This document shows, in pieces, positions 39,306 through 48,782 of a stretch of 64,000 nt of DNA. Within the stretch, counting starts at the first letter, position 1; each line of letters opens with the position of its first letter. Position numbers and translations under genes: made by a program. The stretch covers positions 89,731-153,730 of the forward strand of contig DXJV01000029.1 in the NCBI GenBank assembly GCA_019056785.1. Direction: 5' to 3'. This DNA comes from Candidatus Heimdallarchaeota archaeon. Lineage in GTDB: Archaea; Asgardarchaeota; Heimdallarchaeia; JABLTI01. Below the pieces are notes generated by a model. The model had not been told where the DNA came from and did no database searches. It worked only from the letters and a program-made list of their open reading frames with translations.

Positions 39306-39536
39306 ATGACAAAATTATCCGCCATAAAGAGCAGATAATCCTGCAGAGGAATCTTCGTAAGAGTATTAGAAAGGTCTTCTAACATCCACGTAATATAATA
39401 GACTTGTTTTCCCAAATAAAAGTTTTTTATAAAGGCAAAAAACGCACCTGAAAAAGAAAAAGAACCAAAAACGCTGCAAGAACGCCGGACAAAAAAAGAA
39501 AAAAGGAGAAAAGAAATCAAAGAAGCTGATTTCTTT

Positions 39537-39896
39537 TTATTCCACAAATTTTCCGATGATGACAAAGATTCCGCCGAGGAGGACAAGCCAGCCGGGAATG
39601 CCCCATATTAAGGCACCAAGAAGGACGATGAAAATTCCCCAAAGAAGGAGATTGAATTCGAGAACATCAAAGAATGCCTTAAGAATACCAATAATAAGAG
39701 CCAGTGCACTGAAAACCAATAAAAGAATTGGCCAGACAATACTGGCGGAACCAACAAGCCACCCCAACAAACCATTGCCACCGAGATACCAAGCAGCAAA
39801 AGTGGTAAGAGGAGTGAAGCTCAAAATACCAACAACAATACCTAAGAGCCCACCAACCAATACGGCGATGAACCCAATCTTTTCTAACTTAACCAT
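39537..39896 (-). CDS. Small Gly-rich multi-pass membrane protein
   Basis: 119 aa, about 4 hydrophobic helices, GGAG RBS. Confidence 0.75.
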   Translation of the reverse strand: MVKLEKIGFIAVLVGGLLGIVVGILSFTPLTTFAAWYLGGNGLLGWLVGSASIVWPILLLVFSALALIIGILKAFFDVLEFNLLLWGIFIVLLGALIWGIPGWLVLLGGIFVIIGKFVE

Positions 39897-40153
39897 TGTT
39901 ATAATAACTCCATATTGTTAGTAATAGTTAGGAATACCCCTAATCTCATAGGGGGTAATCATTTCTTTGTAAGAGACAAAATATTAAAGTTGCCACTTTT
40001 TACGTAAAAAAGTGGTTTTTGTCAGAAAAAAGAAGGAAAAGATAAAAACAAAAAGATTATAAGAAAACAATCAACAAAATAACCAAAAAGATTAAAAAAT
40101 AAAATAAAAGGAATTGAACGGCAAGCATAAGAGCCAAACAATGAGAAAAATAA

Positions 40154-40261
40154 GCCGCGTTAGCTCAGGGCGATGCTTACATTCGTGTACTTCGCGAGCA
40201 CTGGTAGAGCTCTCGGCTGTTAACCGAGCGGTCACAGGTTCAAATCCTGTACGCGGCGCCA
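40154..40261 (+). tRNA. tRNA-Asn(GTT) with 33-nt intron in the D-loop (position 15/16, 40169-40201), CCA encoded
   Basis: Acceptor GCCGCGT/ACGCGGC, anticodon arm CTCGG-CTGTTAA-CCGAG, T-arm ACAGG-TTCAAAT-CCTGT. Removing 40169-40201 restores GCTC-AGTGGTA-GAGC. Confidence 0.9.
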
Positions 40262-40341
40262 CCTTTCTTCTTGCTTTGCTTGTTTAAGATCGTTTTATTG
40301 ATGGCAGTTGCTTCTTCAGTCCTTGCTTTCACTTGTCGCTT

Positions 40342-40599
40342 TTAATAAGCATTATCGATTTCGTGTAATATTTCTAGTGCTCGTTTCAGCTTGTTGTTAA
40401 TAAAAAAGCCCAGCTCCTGATAATATTCATCTCGCAATATTCGAGAGACGTCAACAGCAGCTTCTTTTAGTGCTTTATGCGCCAGAGTGATCACCTCGAG
40501 TCGTTCGTCTTCTTCTTCCAATGTTCGGTAGTTTGGCCCTATATATAATGAACCATTCCCAACTGCCCTCACATAAAAAAAGTCAAAGTACTCTGGCAT
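40342..40599 (-). CDS. Small hypothetical protein
   Basis: ATG 40599 preceded by GGAGG; 85 aa with protein-like composition. Confidence 0.6.
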   Translation of the reverse strand: MPEYFDFFYVRAVGNGSLYIGPNYRTLEEEDERLEVITLAHKALKEAAVDVSRILRDEYYQELGFFINNKLKRALEILHEIDNAY

Positions 40600-40761
40600 A
40601 CCATATTTTCCTCCTAATTTATGCATTTACCTTTTTACTTTAAATATCTTGTTAATAGTCATATAGAGCGACATATTTTTAGAGCCCTTTTATTTATTTT
40701 TCTTTCATTGCTGAACTTTCTTAGAAAAATAATAGCAGAATTATAAGTGTGGGTATAATTT

Positions 40762-41829
40762 ATGACTTCAACTGTAGATAAATCAAAGGATGAGCAAATA
40801 AAAGTCTATAATAAACGCGAAGAAAACATTTTGGAAACATTACGATTAGTTGAAGGGTCTAGTTTATGGTCGATTACTTTCCGCCGCATGCGTCGGGATC
40901 AATTGGGTATGTTTGGTTTTGGTATTGTTATCTTTCTTCTCGCACTTGGCATTGCGGCCTTCCTTATTCAACAATACGACAATCTGTTTGGGTTGGGGAA
41001 TCCAACTGCAGATCCTTGGGATCAGAACAATTACTTCATTGAATTGTGGATCCCCGGTACCGAGAAATATATTCGATTAATTGCACATCCACAATACATC
41101 CTGCCAGGCGAGCAATCAATCCCTCCATGTGCAAAATATCCATTTGGAACCGACACCAGAGGGTATGACATTTTTTCCCGGACAATTTTTGGTACACCCC
41201 TCTCTCTTGCCTTGGGCCTTGCGGGCCAAATGGCTACAAGTGTTATAGGGATGATTGTCGGAGCCGTTTCGGGTTATTATGGCGGGCTTTTTGATGATAT
41301 TATTCAACGTATAAATGAGGTCATTATTGGTCTCCCTGATTTCATTTTATTCATTTTTGCAGTTGCACTCTTCCGTGAGATCAAGATTTTCAATTTCGAT
41401 GGTGGGTATTATATCATCGTCCTCACGATCCTCTCATTGATCAGCTGGGGCGGAACGAGTATTATTGTGCGGAGTACTGTTCTTAGCTTGAAGGCTAGAG
41501 AATTCATCATGGCAGAGCATGCTCTTGGTGCAGATGATAAGCGTATCATTTTCAAGCATATTATCCCAAATGCCATGTCGCCAATTATTATTATAACTAC
41601 TTTAGGCATTGCCGGAACAATTATGAGCATTGCTGGACTGGCATTCTTCGGTTTCGGGGATCCCACAGCCGTTAGTTGGGGTGATGATTTAGCTTACCAC
41701 CGCGATAACCTTCTCACTTATTGGTGGATGCCAACATTCCCGGCGATGATGATTTTCCTCACCATGCTGGGCTTTAATCTACTTGGTGATGCACTCCGAG
41801 ATGCGCTTGATCCAAAGCTGAAGAGATGA
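40762..41829 (+). CDS. Oligopeptide/dipeptide ABC transporter permease (OppC/DppC)
   Basis: PFGTD..G.DIFSR, G.VSGYYGG..D, EAA loop EFIMAEHALGA...RIIFKHI.PN, and GFNLLGDALRDALDPK. Confidence 0.93.
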   Translation: MTSTVDKSKDEQIKVYNKREENILETLRLVEGSSLWSITFRRMRRDQLGMFGFGIVIFLLALGIAAFLIQQYDNLFGLGNPTADPWDQNNYFIELWIPGTEKYIRLIAHPQYILPGEQSIPPCAKYPFGTDTRGYDIFSRTIFGTPLSLALGLAGQMATSVIGMIVGAVSGYYGGLFDDIIQRINEVIIGLPDFILFIFAVALFREIKIFNFDGGYYIIVLTILSLISWGGTSIIVRSTVLSLKAREFIMAEHALGADDKRIIFKHIIPNAMSPIIIITTLGIAGTIMSIAGLAFFGFGDPTAVSWGDDLAYHRDNLLTYWWMPTFPAMMIFLTMLGFNLLGDALRDALDPKLKR

Positions 41830-41854
41830 ACTTCCTCTTTGCTCTTTTTTTCTT

Positions 41855-42631
41855 TTATTTTCTAAAACAAACCATCTTTGCATTAGTTTGGAGTTTTCTT
41901 ATTGTTTCCTTTGTGGCAATTGGCACCACTTCACAGCTATTCAAATTACTACTAAAAGTGATATCCTTTACAAAGTTTAACTCTAACAGTTTTTTGCCAT
42001 GAGCTGTTTTCCTCAACAACTCTTCGATTGTTTGTTCTTGTAAGAATCGTTCCAGCACATGAATTTCATGAAGAATATCCTGTGAAAGTTGTATGCCGGA
42101 TTTCAGACACTCGCGAGCAATCAAAACACTCCCAATTTGATCCTCTGTTCCCATCTGTTCTTTGGTAATTGGCCCTTCGGTAAAAGCAGGGATAATTACA
42201 ATGGGTTTGACTTCCTTTTCCCAGAGAGTGAGTGTTTTTTCAGCGACTGCTTTGGCATTAATAATGGAACCTATAAGTAGATATGACGCTTCACATGCTT
42301 CTATAACTCTTTTTGCCCCCGTCGAAGAAGTGAATATCGCCTTTTTTGTAGGGCAGCTATTTGCAACGGCAGCCATTTCTACAGGGCTATTGCCGTATAA
42401 GAATTCCGGTAATTTTACACACTCGCGCTCGCCCATAATAAATGCGCCTATTTCTTTTTGCGCTTGAAAACAATCTGCCACTTCTTGGACAACACAAATC
42501 TCCTCAAGGCCATTTGCCATTGCTGTGGGGATAGTAGTACTTGCACGTAAAACATCCACAATAATCGCGATAGCATTATGTTCTGAAGCCATTTTTGCAC
42601 CAGCTTCATTCCCAAAAATATTAACAACCAA
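41855..42631 (-). CDS. comB: 2-phosphosulfolactate phosphatase family protein
   Basis: IVDVLRASTT, GER...., GNSP, SSTG, GS..NA.AVA and ED. Confidence 0.85.
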   Translation of the reverse strand: MVVNIFGNEAGAKMASEHNAIAIIVDVLRASTTIPTAMANGLEEICVVQEVADCFQAQKEIGAFIMGERECVKLPEFLYGNSPVEMAAVANSCPTKKAIFTSSTGAKRVIEACEASYLLIGSIINAKAVAEKTLTLWEKEVKPIVIIPAFTEGPITKEQMGTEDQIGSVLIARECLKSGIQLSQDILHEIHVLERFLQEQTIEELLRKTAHGKKLLELNFVKDITFSSNLNSCEVVPIATKETIRKLQTNAKMVCFRK

Positions 42632-42855
42632 AAGTCGTTTTCACCAAAAGGAACTTTTCAATTGCCCTTTTTTAAGCCCTCTGGTCAATATTAATTAAAG
42701 CTTTTTTTCCCCTTATATCGAAAAAATGAAAAATAGGTAATTCTTTGTTATCCCAAAAAGTATAATTCAATCATATCTCCCCGTAAAAGCTTTTTCCAGC
42801 GTTTACTCGTAAGAAAATTGAAAAAAAAGGTCAGAAAGTTTCGGAGGAACATTGC

Positions 42856-43956
42856 GTGTCAAAACAAGATGAAATTAGAGTTTTACTGTTTAATAAGAAA
42901 GACGAAGAGCTCCAAAAAAAGTTCAATCGTGCGAAAAAAGTTACTCGAGAGATTCTCATGGATATTGCTGAAAATGACAGCGAATGGAAAATTCGAAGAG
43001 AAGCTGTAAAGTTCCTCGGAAAAAACCGAGTTAAAGAAAGCATTCCTCTCTTAAAGAAAATCCTCCTAAAAGATCATTTAACTGTTCTTCGAAAAACTGC
43101 TGCAAAAGCACTTGGAGCCTTTCCGGAACCAGATGTAATTAAGACCCTTCTCGAATCCTTGAGTTTTTTCAAGGACCCCTCCATCCTTGTAGAAATTATA
43201 ATCGCTTTGGGTGAAATGAAAAGCGAGGAAGCAGTAAAACCGCTAACTGAACTCTTACTCCAAAGTCCTGATGGAGAGATCCGAGAAAATTGTGCCAAAG
43301 CATTAGGAATGATCGGGGAGAATTCTGCTGTTGATGCACTTCTTGAAGCTTTAAAAAAGGACAAAGAAGATTGGGTTCGAGGAGCCGCTGCGGAAGCGCT
43401 TGGAGTGATAGGAGATGAACGTGCAATCCCCGCCTTATTGCATGCATTTCAAAATGACATCGGGTTGGGAATGGCAGCAATCTCTGCAAAAGCTCTTGGG
43501 AGATTAAAAGCAAAAGAAGCAGTTGAATCGCTCTTAGAATTTGCTCAAAAAAGTCAAAATGTTGAGAACCGGCGAGCAGCAACTTATGCCTTAGGTGAAA
43601 TTGGCGATAAAAGAGCAGCCGACACCTTAGTAACTCTCTTAGAAAATGATGAAGATGAATCAGTTCGTTATTGGGCTTGTTTAGCCTTGGTTTTTATGAA
43701 AGTTAAACGAGCTACAAATGTCTTCCTGCATACCTTGCAACAAGATCCCAGCTGCCATGTAAGAAAAACAGCCGCCCTTGCTCTTCGACAGTTAGAACCT
43801 AAGACAAAAAAAGCAATAAAGATTCTTTTCGAGGTTTTGAATAAAGAGGAAGAAGAAGCAGAAGTGAAAGAGCAAATTGCTGCGACACTTGAAAAAATAG
43901 CAGAATTACAAGGACTGAAAGACATCAATGAACTTGCCGCCAGTCTTTCAAGCTAA
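42856..43956 (+). CDS. HEAT/PBS-lyase repeat protein
   Basis: About 10 repeats of VR..AA.ALG.IGD..A...L...L; GGAGG RBS. Confidence 0.9.
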   Translation: MSKQDEIRVLLFNKKDEELQKKFNRAKKVTREILMDIAENDSEWKIRREAVKFLGKNRVKESIPLLKKILLKDHLTVLRKTAAKALGAFPEPDVIKTLLESLSFFKDPSILVEIIIALGEMKSEEAVKPLTELLLQSPDGEIRENCAKALGMIGENSAVDALLEALKKDKEDWVRGAAAEALGVIGDERAIPALLHAFQNDIGLGMAAISAKALGRLKAKEAVESLLEFAQKSQNVENRRAATYALGEIGDKRAADTLVTLLENDEDESVRYWACLALVFMKVKRATNVFLHTLQQDPSCHVRKTAALALRQLEPKTKKAIKILFEVLNKEEEEAEVKEQIAATLEKIAELQGLKDINELAASLSS

Positions 43957-44025
43957 TCTTTTCTTTTTTGGCGAAAATCAAACATTCCACAATAGATAAA
44001 AGGAATTTTAAGTATTAAACGGACT

Positions 44026-45465
44026 ATGAGCATTCAAGAATTGTTTATTACTTCTGTTGGCATAGATGTCGGAACAACAACTTCTCACATGGTCTTTTCA
44101 AGACTACATCTTGTAAAACAGATGAGTCGAAGCTCAAAGAAATTCGAGATAACAAATCGTGAGATCCTTTATCGTGGCAAGATTCACCTGACACCATTAA
44201 TTGATCAAGAGACAATTAACTTTGAGAAGCTGTCAGAGATTTTACATCGAGATTTCCAGGAAGCAAAAATTAAGAAAGAAGAAATAGATACAGGAGCAGT
44301 AATTGTCACCGGGGAAACGGCAAAAAAGAAAAATGCAGAAAAAATTGTTAGTATGCTTGCCGTGGAAGCCGGGAAGTTTGTCGCCGCGACTGCAGGTCCC
44401 AACTTCGAGTCAGTTATAGCTGCAATGGGAAGCGGTGCAGTTGCAAAAGCTAAACAACTACAAAAAACAATTATGAACATTGATATTGGTGGAGGAACCT
44501 CAAATATTGCTGTCATTTCTCCGAAAGGCGAAATTATTGACACTGCCTGTATTAATGTTGGAGGTAGGCTTTTAGTCACAGAAGGGAAAAAGAATATTCT
44601 CGTGAAATATGAAAAAGCAGCAGAAATCACCGCAAGGGATGTGGGAGTGGAACTCGAGATCGGAAAGCCACTTGTTACTGAAGACAAGCAAAAGATTGTT
44701 CAGCGGCTTGTGGAAGCATTATTAGAGGTTATTACAAAAAAGGTAAAAATTTCACACACAACGGCAAATTTGATGATGACACCATTAATCACTTTTGATG
44801 GGAAGGTTGATTACTATTCATTTTCTGGTGGGGTAGCTGAGTATCTCTATGGAAAAACCACCCAAACCTTCAATGATATTGGGTTAGATGTGGCAAAGGA
44901 AATCAAAAAACAAATACAAAATCTCAAATTAGCACTGATCGAACCTTCAGAACTTATTCGCGCAACAGTGATAGGTGCAGGGCAATATTCACTACAGGTT
45001 AGTGGCGCAACAACACTTGTCACAGATGACAATGTATTTCCAATTCGCAATATTCCTGTTGTTGTACCCTATTTACCCCAGGAAAAACCTACAAAGGAAG
45101 AGATAAAAGAAGCCGTAGAATTAGCCTTCAAAAGAATTGATATCCCTAATGGAGAAGCGCCAGTTGCATTGGCTTTCCACAAAACAATTGGGCTATCATA
45201 TGAACGCTTGAAAACGTTTGCCCAAGGGATCGTTTCTGCTGTGCCCAATTTACTCCACTCAAAAATACCCCTCATCTTGGTATTTAATGATGATATTGGA
45301 AACAGCGTCGGAAATGTCATGCGGCGGGAAACCGAACTTAAAAACAACATCATCTCCATAGATGAGCTGGCCCTTAGAGAAGGGGATTACATAGATATCG
45401 GCGAACCTATGGCGGACAAACAAGTCGTTCCTGTTGTTGTTAAAACACTCATTTTCGAGCAGTAA
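44026..45465 (+). CDS. eutA: Ethanolamine ammonia-lyase reactivating factor EutA family ATPase
   Basis: SVGIDVGTTTS..VFS, TGAVIVTGETA.K.NA, FVAATAGP..ES..A..GSGA, NIDIGGGTSN, IRATVIGAG and PVVVKTLIF. Confidence 0.92.
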   Translation: MSIQELFITSVGIDVGTTTSHMVFSRLHLVKQMSRSSKKFEITNREILYRGKIHLTPLIDQETINFEKLSEILHRDFQEAKIKKEEIDTGAVIVTGETAKKKNAEKIVSMLAVEAGKFVAATAGPNFESVIAAMGSGAVAKAKQLQKTIMNIDIGGGTSNIAVISPKGEIIDTACINVGGRLLVTEGKKNILVKYEKAAEITARDVGVELEIGKPLVTEDKQKIVQRLVEALLEVITKKVKISHTTANLMMTPLITFDGKVDYYSFSGGVAEYLYGKTTQTFNDIGLDVAKEIKKQIQNLKLALIEPSELIRATVIGAGQYSLQVSGATTLVTDDNVFPIRNIPVVVPYLPQEKPTKEEIKEAVELAFKRIDIPNGEAPVALAFHKTIGLSYERLKTFAQGIVSAVPNLLHSKIPLILVFNDDIGNSVGNVMRRETELKNNIISIDELALREGDYIDIGEPMADKQVVPVVVKTLIFEQ

Positions 45466-45710
45466 TCAATCTCAACCGGCTCTAACTTCTAAGAAAAAAG
45501 CTGAATCAACAACTTTATATTAGGCAAATAAGTTTGGTATGAATGAGGAAGTTTTTACCAGAAAGAATTAATAACTTATAACACTGCTCCTTTAGAGTAG
45601 TTTTTATACGTAGAAAGATATTTCTCAACAGAAAAAACACTCTGAAAAAAACACTAACAAGAAATTCTTACAAGAAAAAGGATTAAGTAGAGAATAACAA
45701 GGGTGAAAAA

Positions 45711-45992
45711 ATGAAAGAAAAACTCCTGACTTTAACACAGAAACTTACAAACGCCGGTTTTACCATCCAAGGAATGGAAGTCGAAGCAAAAGATATTGTC
45801 CGCATTAAATTCGTCGATCTAAAAGGCTTACAATTGGTAGTGAACAGTACTGCAGCTAAAATAGAGGAAGGAAATTGCCCCGAGAAAGTCCTGACTAAAA
45901 TAAAAGAGATTTTGGGGACGGATTTCGAGATAAAAGAAACATTAGAATCTTCCGAAGAAGACATGTTCCAAAGCTTGCTTGATGCGGCATAA
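45711..45992 (+). CDS. Small hypothetical protein
   Basis: 93 aa, GGTGA RBS, acidic C-terminus. Confidence 0.65.
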   Translation: MKEKLLTLTQKLTNAGFTIQGMEVEAKDIVRIKFVDLKGLQLVVNSTAAKIEEGNCPEKVLTKIKEILGTDFEIKETLESSEEDMFQSLLDAA

Positions 45993-46039
45993 AAATGGTT
46001 GATTTTTGATAGGACGAAAAAAAAGGAGAGAAAAATGAG

Positions 46040-46252
46040 TTAGGCTCCGGCTCGCTTTTTTATCGTACATTTTGTATCTGAACAGCTATAGCATCTTATC
46101 CCTTTGTATTTTTGCGAGCAATACGTTACTTTATTTCGAATTTTACACCAATCTATAACACAATCCAAACAAAAAGAAGAGGTTGTTTTTTTCAGTGTTA
46201 TGGGTTTTTCTGGAGAGAGATTTTTTTTACGAGGATCATCTAAAATTGCCAA
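46040..46252 (-). CDS. Cys-rich microprotein (paralog of 46369-46557)
   Basis: FCxDC-x3-WC-x2-R-x-K-x2-YC-x-QKY-x-G is shared with the neighbouring ORF. Confidence 0.7.
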   Translation of the reverse strand: MAILDDPRKKNLSPEKPITLKKTTSSFCLDCVIDWCKIRNKVTYCSQKYKGIRCYSCSDTKCTIKKRAGA

Positions 46253-46368
46253 GCTAACACCAACTCTACGAGTTTCTCTGAAGTATAAAGATTGTTTGCT
46301 GCTCTTTTAAATTCCTAACATTACGAGACTATTGGAATAGTACGTTTCTTGAAAAAGAGCGGGAGCTT

Positions 46369-46557
46369 TTAAAAGGCGCTTTTTTGACATACAAGGCTAA
46401 GACCTTGCACACCTCGATACTTTTGGGTGCAATAAACAATTTTTCCTCGCAAAGAACACCAAGTATACATACAATCACTACAAAAATGTTTTACTAAAGG
46501 GCGATTACTGGTTGAAAGAGATTTTGCTTCTAATTTTTTCTTTGCTTCTGAAGCCAT
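46369..46557 (-). CDS. Cys-rich microprotein (paralog of 46040-46252)
   Basis: FCSDCMYTWCSLRGKIVYCTQKYRG versus FCLDCVIDWCKIRNKVTYCSQKYKG. Confidence 0.7.
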   Translation of the reverse strand: MASEAKKKLEAKSLSTSNRPLVKHFCSDCMYTWCSLRGKIVYCTQKYRGVQGLSLVCQKSAF

Positions 46558-46609
46558 TTTTCTTATTCCGAGAGAGTTTTTTAGTTCTGATTTTTACTAG
46601 TTCTACAAT

Positions 46610-47791
46610 TTAATTCAAAGTTTGGCATTTAAAGCTGTCCTTTTGTTTCTTTTTAGATAGGAGCATTAAATTGATGAGGGAATTTGCTGGTTGACGCTGT
46701 TTTTGTATAAGAAAAGCCCTTTTTGGAAGGCTTTGAGAGCTAGTAATAATTAAGTTACTAATTTCCAGGTAGTCTACTAAGCTTAATTGTAGGATAAGTA
46801 GACCATACAAGAAGTTACAGAATCCCTCATCTTCATATAAATCACGATGATCCCAAGCAATATTAAATGGGAGGTTATAATCAGCAATATTTTCAGCACC
46901 ACATAGAGGAACACTGTTGGCAGCGATTACACCATCGTTCAATTCATTCCCAAAAAGAAAGGGCGCGTACCATTTCCTTTTAGTGCCACGAATTGTTATC
47001 CAGCGTATTGTACCAGGTGTTTGTATAGAGCCATTTAATGTCAATAGAAAGTCGTTGTTCGGTGTTTTCTTTTTGAAAAACTTACCTAAGAGGGGGCCAA
47101 AAATATTTGTATTTCCAACTGCAATCTGGCGAAATTGTTCGCTTTTTGCAAAATGGTTTTTCCCGTAACGAATTTTCAAAAAAAATTGCAAAAATGGCGC
47201 TTGTAAATAATCAACAATTTTACTGCCACGATTTGGCGTACCAATTAGAACAATAGTGCCAATTTTTAAGCTGCGGCCCTTACTATTTTCCAAGAGATTT
47301 GCCCCCCGAAGATGCCGGCGAAGAAGCTCACGAACAATTAAGCCTCCCATACTTGCGCCAATGAAATCAATCGTTTTGTCCTCAGAAATTTCCCAGTCAC
47401 TATTAGAAGCGGTTAATGTATGATAAAGTATCTCTGCAAGGGCAGGAATATCATATTGGAAATTGCAACGTCCGTCTTTTTTCGAATAGATATCGAAGAG
47501 GAAAATTTTTCGATAACCTTTCGGATTTGTTTTTTGATGAAATTTTAATTTATTAATATAAAATCTATGATCACCTATCTTTGGGGGTGTGGATACGGAA
47601 TATCCAGGAACAATAATAAGAACCCTGTTAGAGGCGCTTGCTTGCTTTTTTTTCAGCTTGGAAAGAACAGTATTCATTGCCAAGATCGATGGGTTTGCTC
47701 TTTGTGGCGGGGCAAAGAAAGTTAAATCAGCTATAGAAAGCGCAGGAAATGCGGAATTGTTTAAAACTTGTAAACGCAACTCGGTGTTCAT
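46610..47791 (-). CDS. Alpha/beta-hydrolase, lipase/esterase (PGAP1/DUF676-like)
   Basis: IIVPGY oxyanion region, nucleophile elbow GASMGGL, IGTPNRGS, NDGVI and a C-terminal His (WDH). Confidence 0.82.
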   Translation of the reverse strand: MNTELRLQVLNNSAFPALSIADLTFFAPPQRANPSILAMNTVLSKLKKKQASASNRVLIIVPGYSVSTPPKIGDHRFYINKLKFHQKTNPKGYRKIFLFDIYSKKDGRCNFQYDIPALAEILYHTLTASNSDWEISEDKTIDFIGASMGGLIVRELLRRHLRGANLLENSKGRSLKIGTIVLIGTPNRGSKIVDYLQAPFLQFFLKIRYGKNHFAKSEQFRQIAVGNTNIFGPLLGKFFKKKTPNNDFLLTLNGSIQTPGTIRWITIRGTKRKWYAPFLFGNELNDGVIAANSVPLCGAENIADYNLPFNIAWDHRDLYEDEGFCNFLYGLLILQLSLVDYLEISNLIITSSQSLPKRAFLIQKQRQPANSLINLMLLSKKKQKDSFKCQTLN

Positions 47792-47856
47792 CTACTGATC
47801 AACTAGACTCCTTTGAGCCTAGTCTTACAGGGTTTTGTTTAAAAAGAGCTAAAAAC

Positions 47857-48618
47857 TCAGCCCACAATTTGGATTTTGTTGCGTTTCAAAAGGTCTACAA
47901 AGGCTTTCTTACTCGAAAGAGTTTTGATGGTAAATTGGTTTTGATACTCATATTTGTTTAGGGTTTGAATTGTTTTCAACGCTTTCGCCCGAGTTTCTTT
48001 TGGAAGATTCCTGGGAGCATAAGTGTAAATCATCTTTGCTTTTTCATCGACTAAGACAGTTAATTCATTACCGAACATTATTGTTTGTTCTTCAAACTCG
48101 ATGGTTATCCCATTGTTGATTCGAAAGGTCCGGATATGGTGTTTGAATTTTAGATTCGCAATTAAATTGCGATAAATTTCCACGACGGTTTCCTCTCGCA
48201 GAGAGGTATCATTAATTAGATAAGTGTCATGGTAAACATTAAGGAGTGATTTTATCATTGCATAAACATTTGCGATGAATCTTATCATTTCCTTCTTAAA
48301 GATTAAAAAGAGCGAGCAAAACCGCCCTTCTATGAAGGCTGAAGACTCCACACGGAAAACATACACAAGGGCACGATATTCTTGATTGTATGGCACAGGA
48401 ATCGGACCGAAGAGCTCCCGCTCAACTTCAGGTGTCATACCCACAGCAGTAATCCCTTGAATGATTGTTGCTATTGCTTGGCGTTCATTCAGAGGGCTGT
48501 AATTTACACTCAATACAGGACCGGTTTCATCATTGAAAGAAAATAAAATGCCGTCAAAAATCGTTTCTGTTGATTCTGGCGTCTTTGCTACTTCATCCAC
48601 AGTGGTCATCGAACTCAT
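47857..48618 (-). CDS. uDENN/longin-like domain fused to gelsolin-like domain
   Basis: N-terminal F.F.DETGP longin/uDENN signature. C-terminal VLVDEKAKMIYTY......ETRAKA..I..L..... fits the gelsolin-repeat pattern. Confidence 0.55.
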   Translation of the reverse strand: MSSMTTVDEVAKTPESTETIFDGILFSFNDETGPVLSVNYSPLNERQAIATIIQGITAVGMTPEVERELFGPIPVPYNQEYRALVYVFRVESSAFIEGRFCSLFLIFKKEMIRFIANVYAMIKSLLNVYHDTYLINDTSLREETVVEIYRNLIANLKFKHHIRTFRINNGITIEFEEQTIMFGNELTVLVDEKAKMIYTYAPRNLPKETRAKALKTIQTLNKYEYQNQFTIKTLSSKKAFVDLLKRNKIQIVG

Positions 48619-48782
48619 TGCGCAGGCACCCTCGATTTATTTATATTTATCTCTGGCAATTCCTCTTTAAATTTTTGCGTAAGAACAAGCAATAAAAATT
48701 TGCTGGGAAAAAATAGCTGCTCTTGAAAAAAGTTAATAGGGAGAATTGCGATTGTGTTGTAAGTATTTGAGGAGTAAAAAAC

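Noticed and set aside
41855-42631. comB as evidence for coenzyme M biosynthesis or methanogenesis
   Set aside because: The ComB family is widespread, and no comA/C/D/E or mcr genes are in the window.
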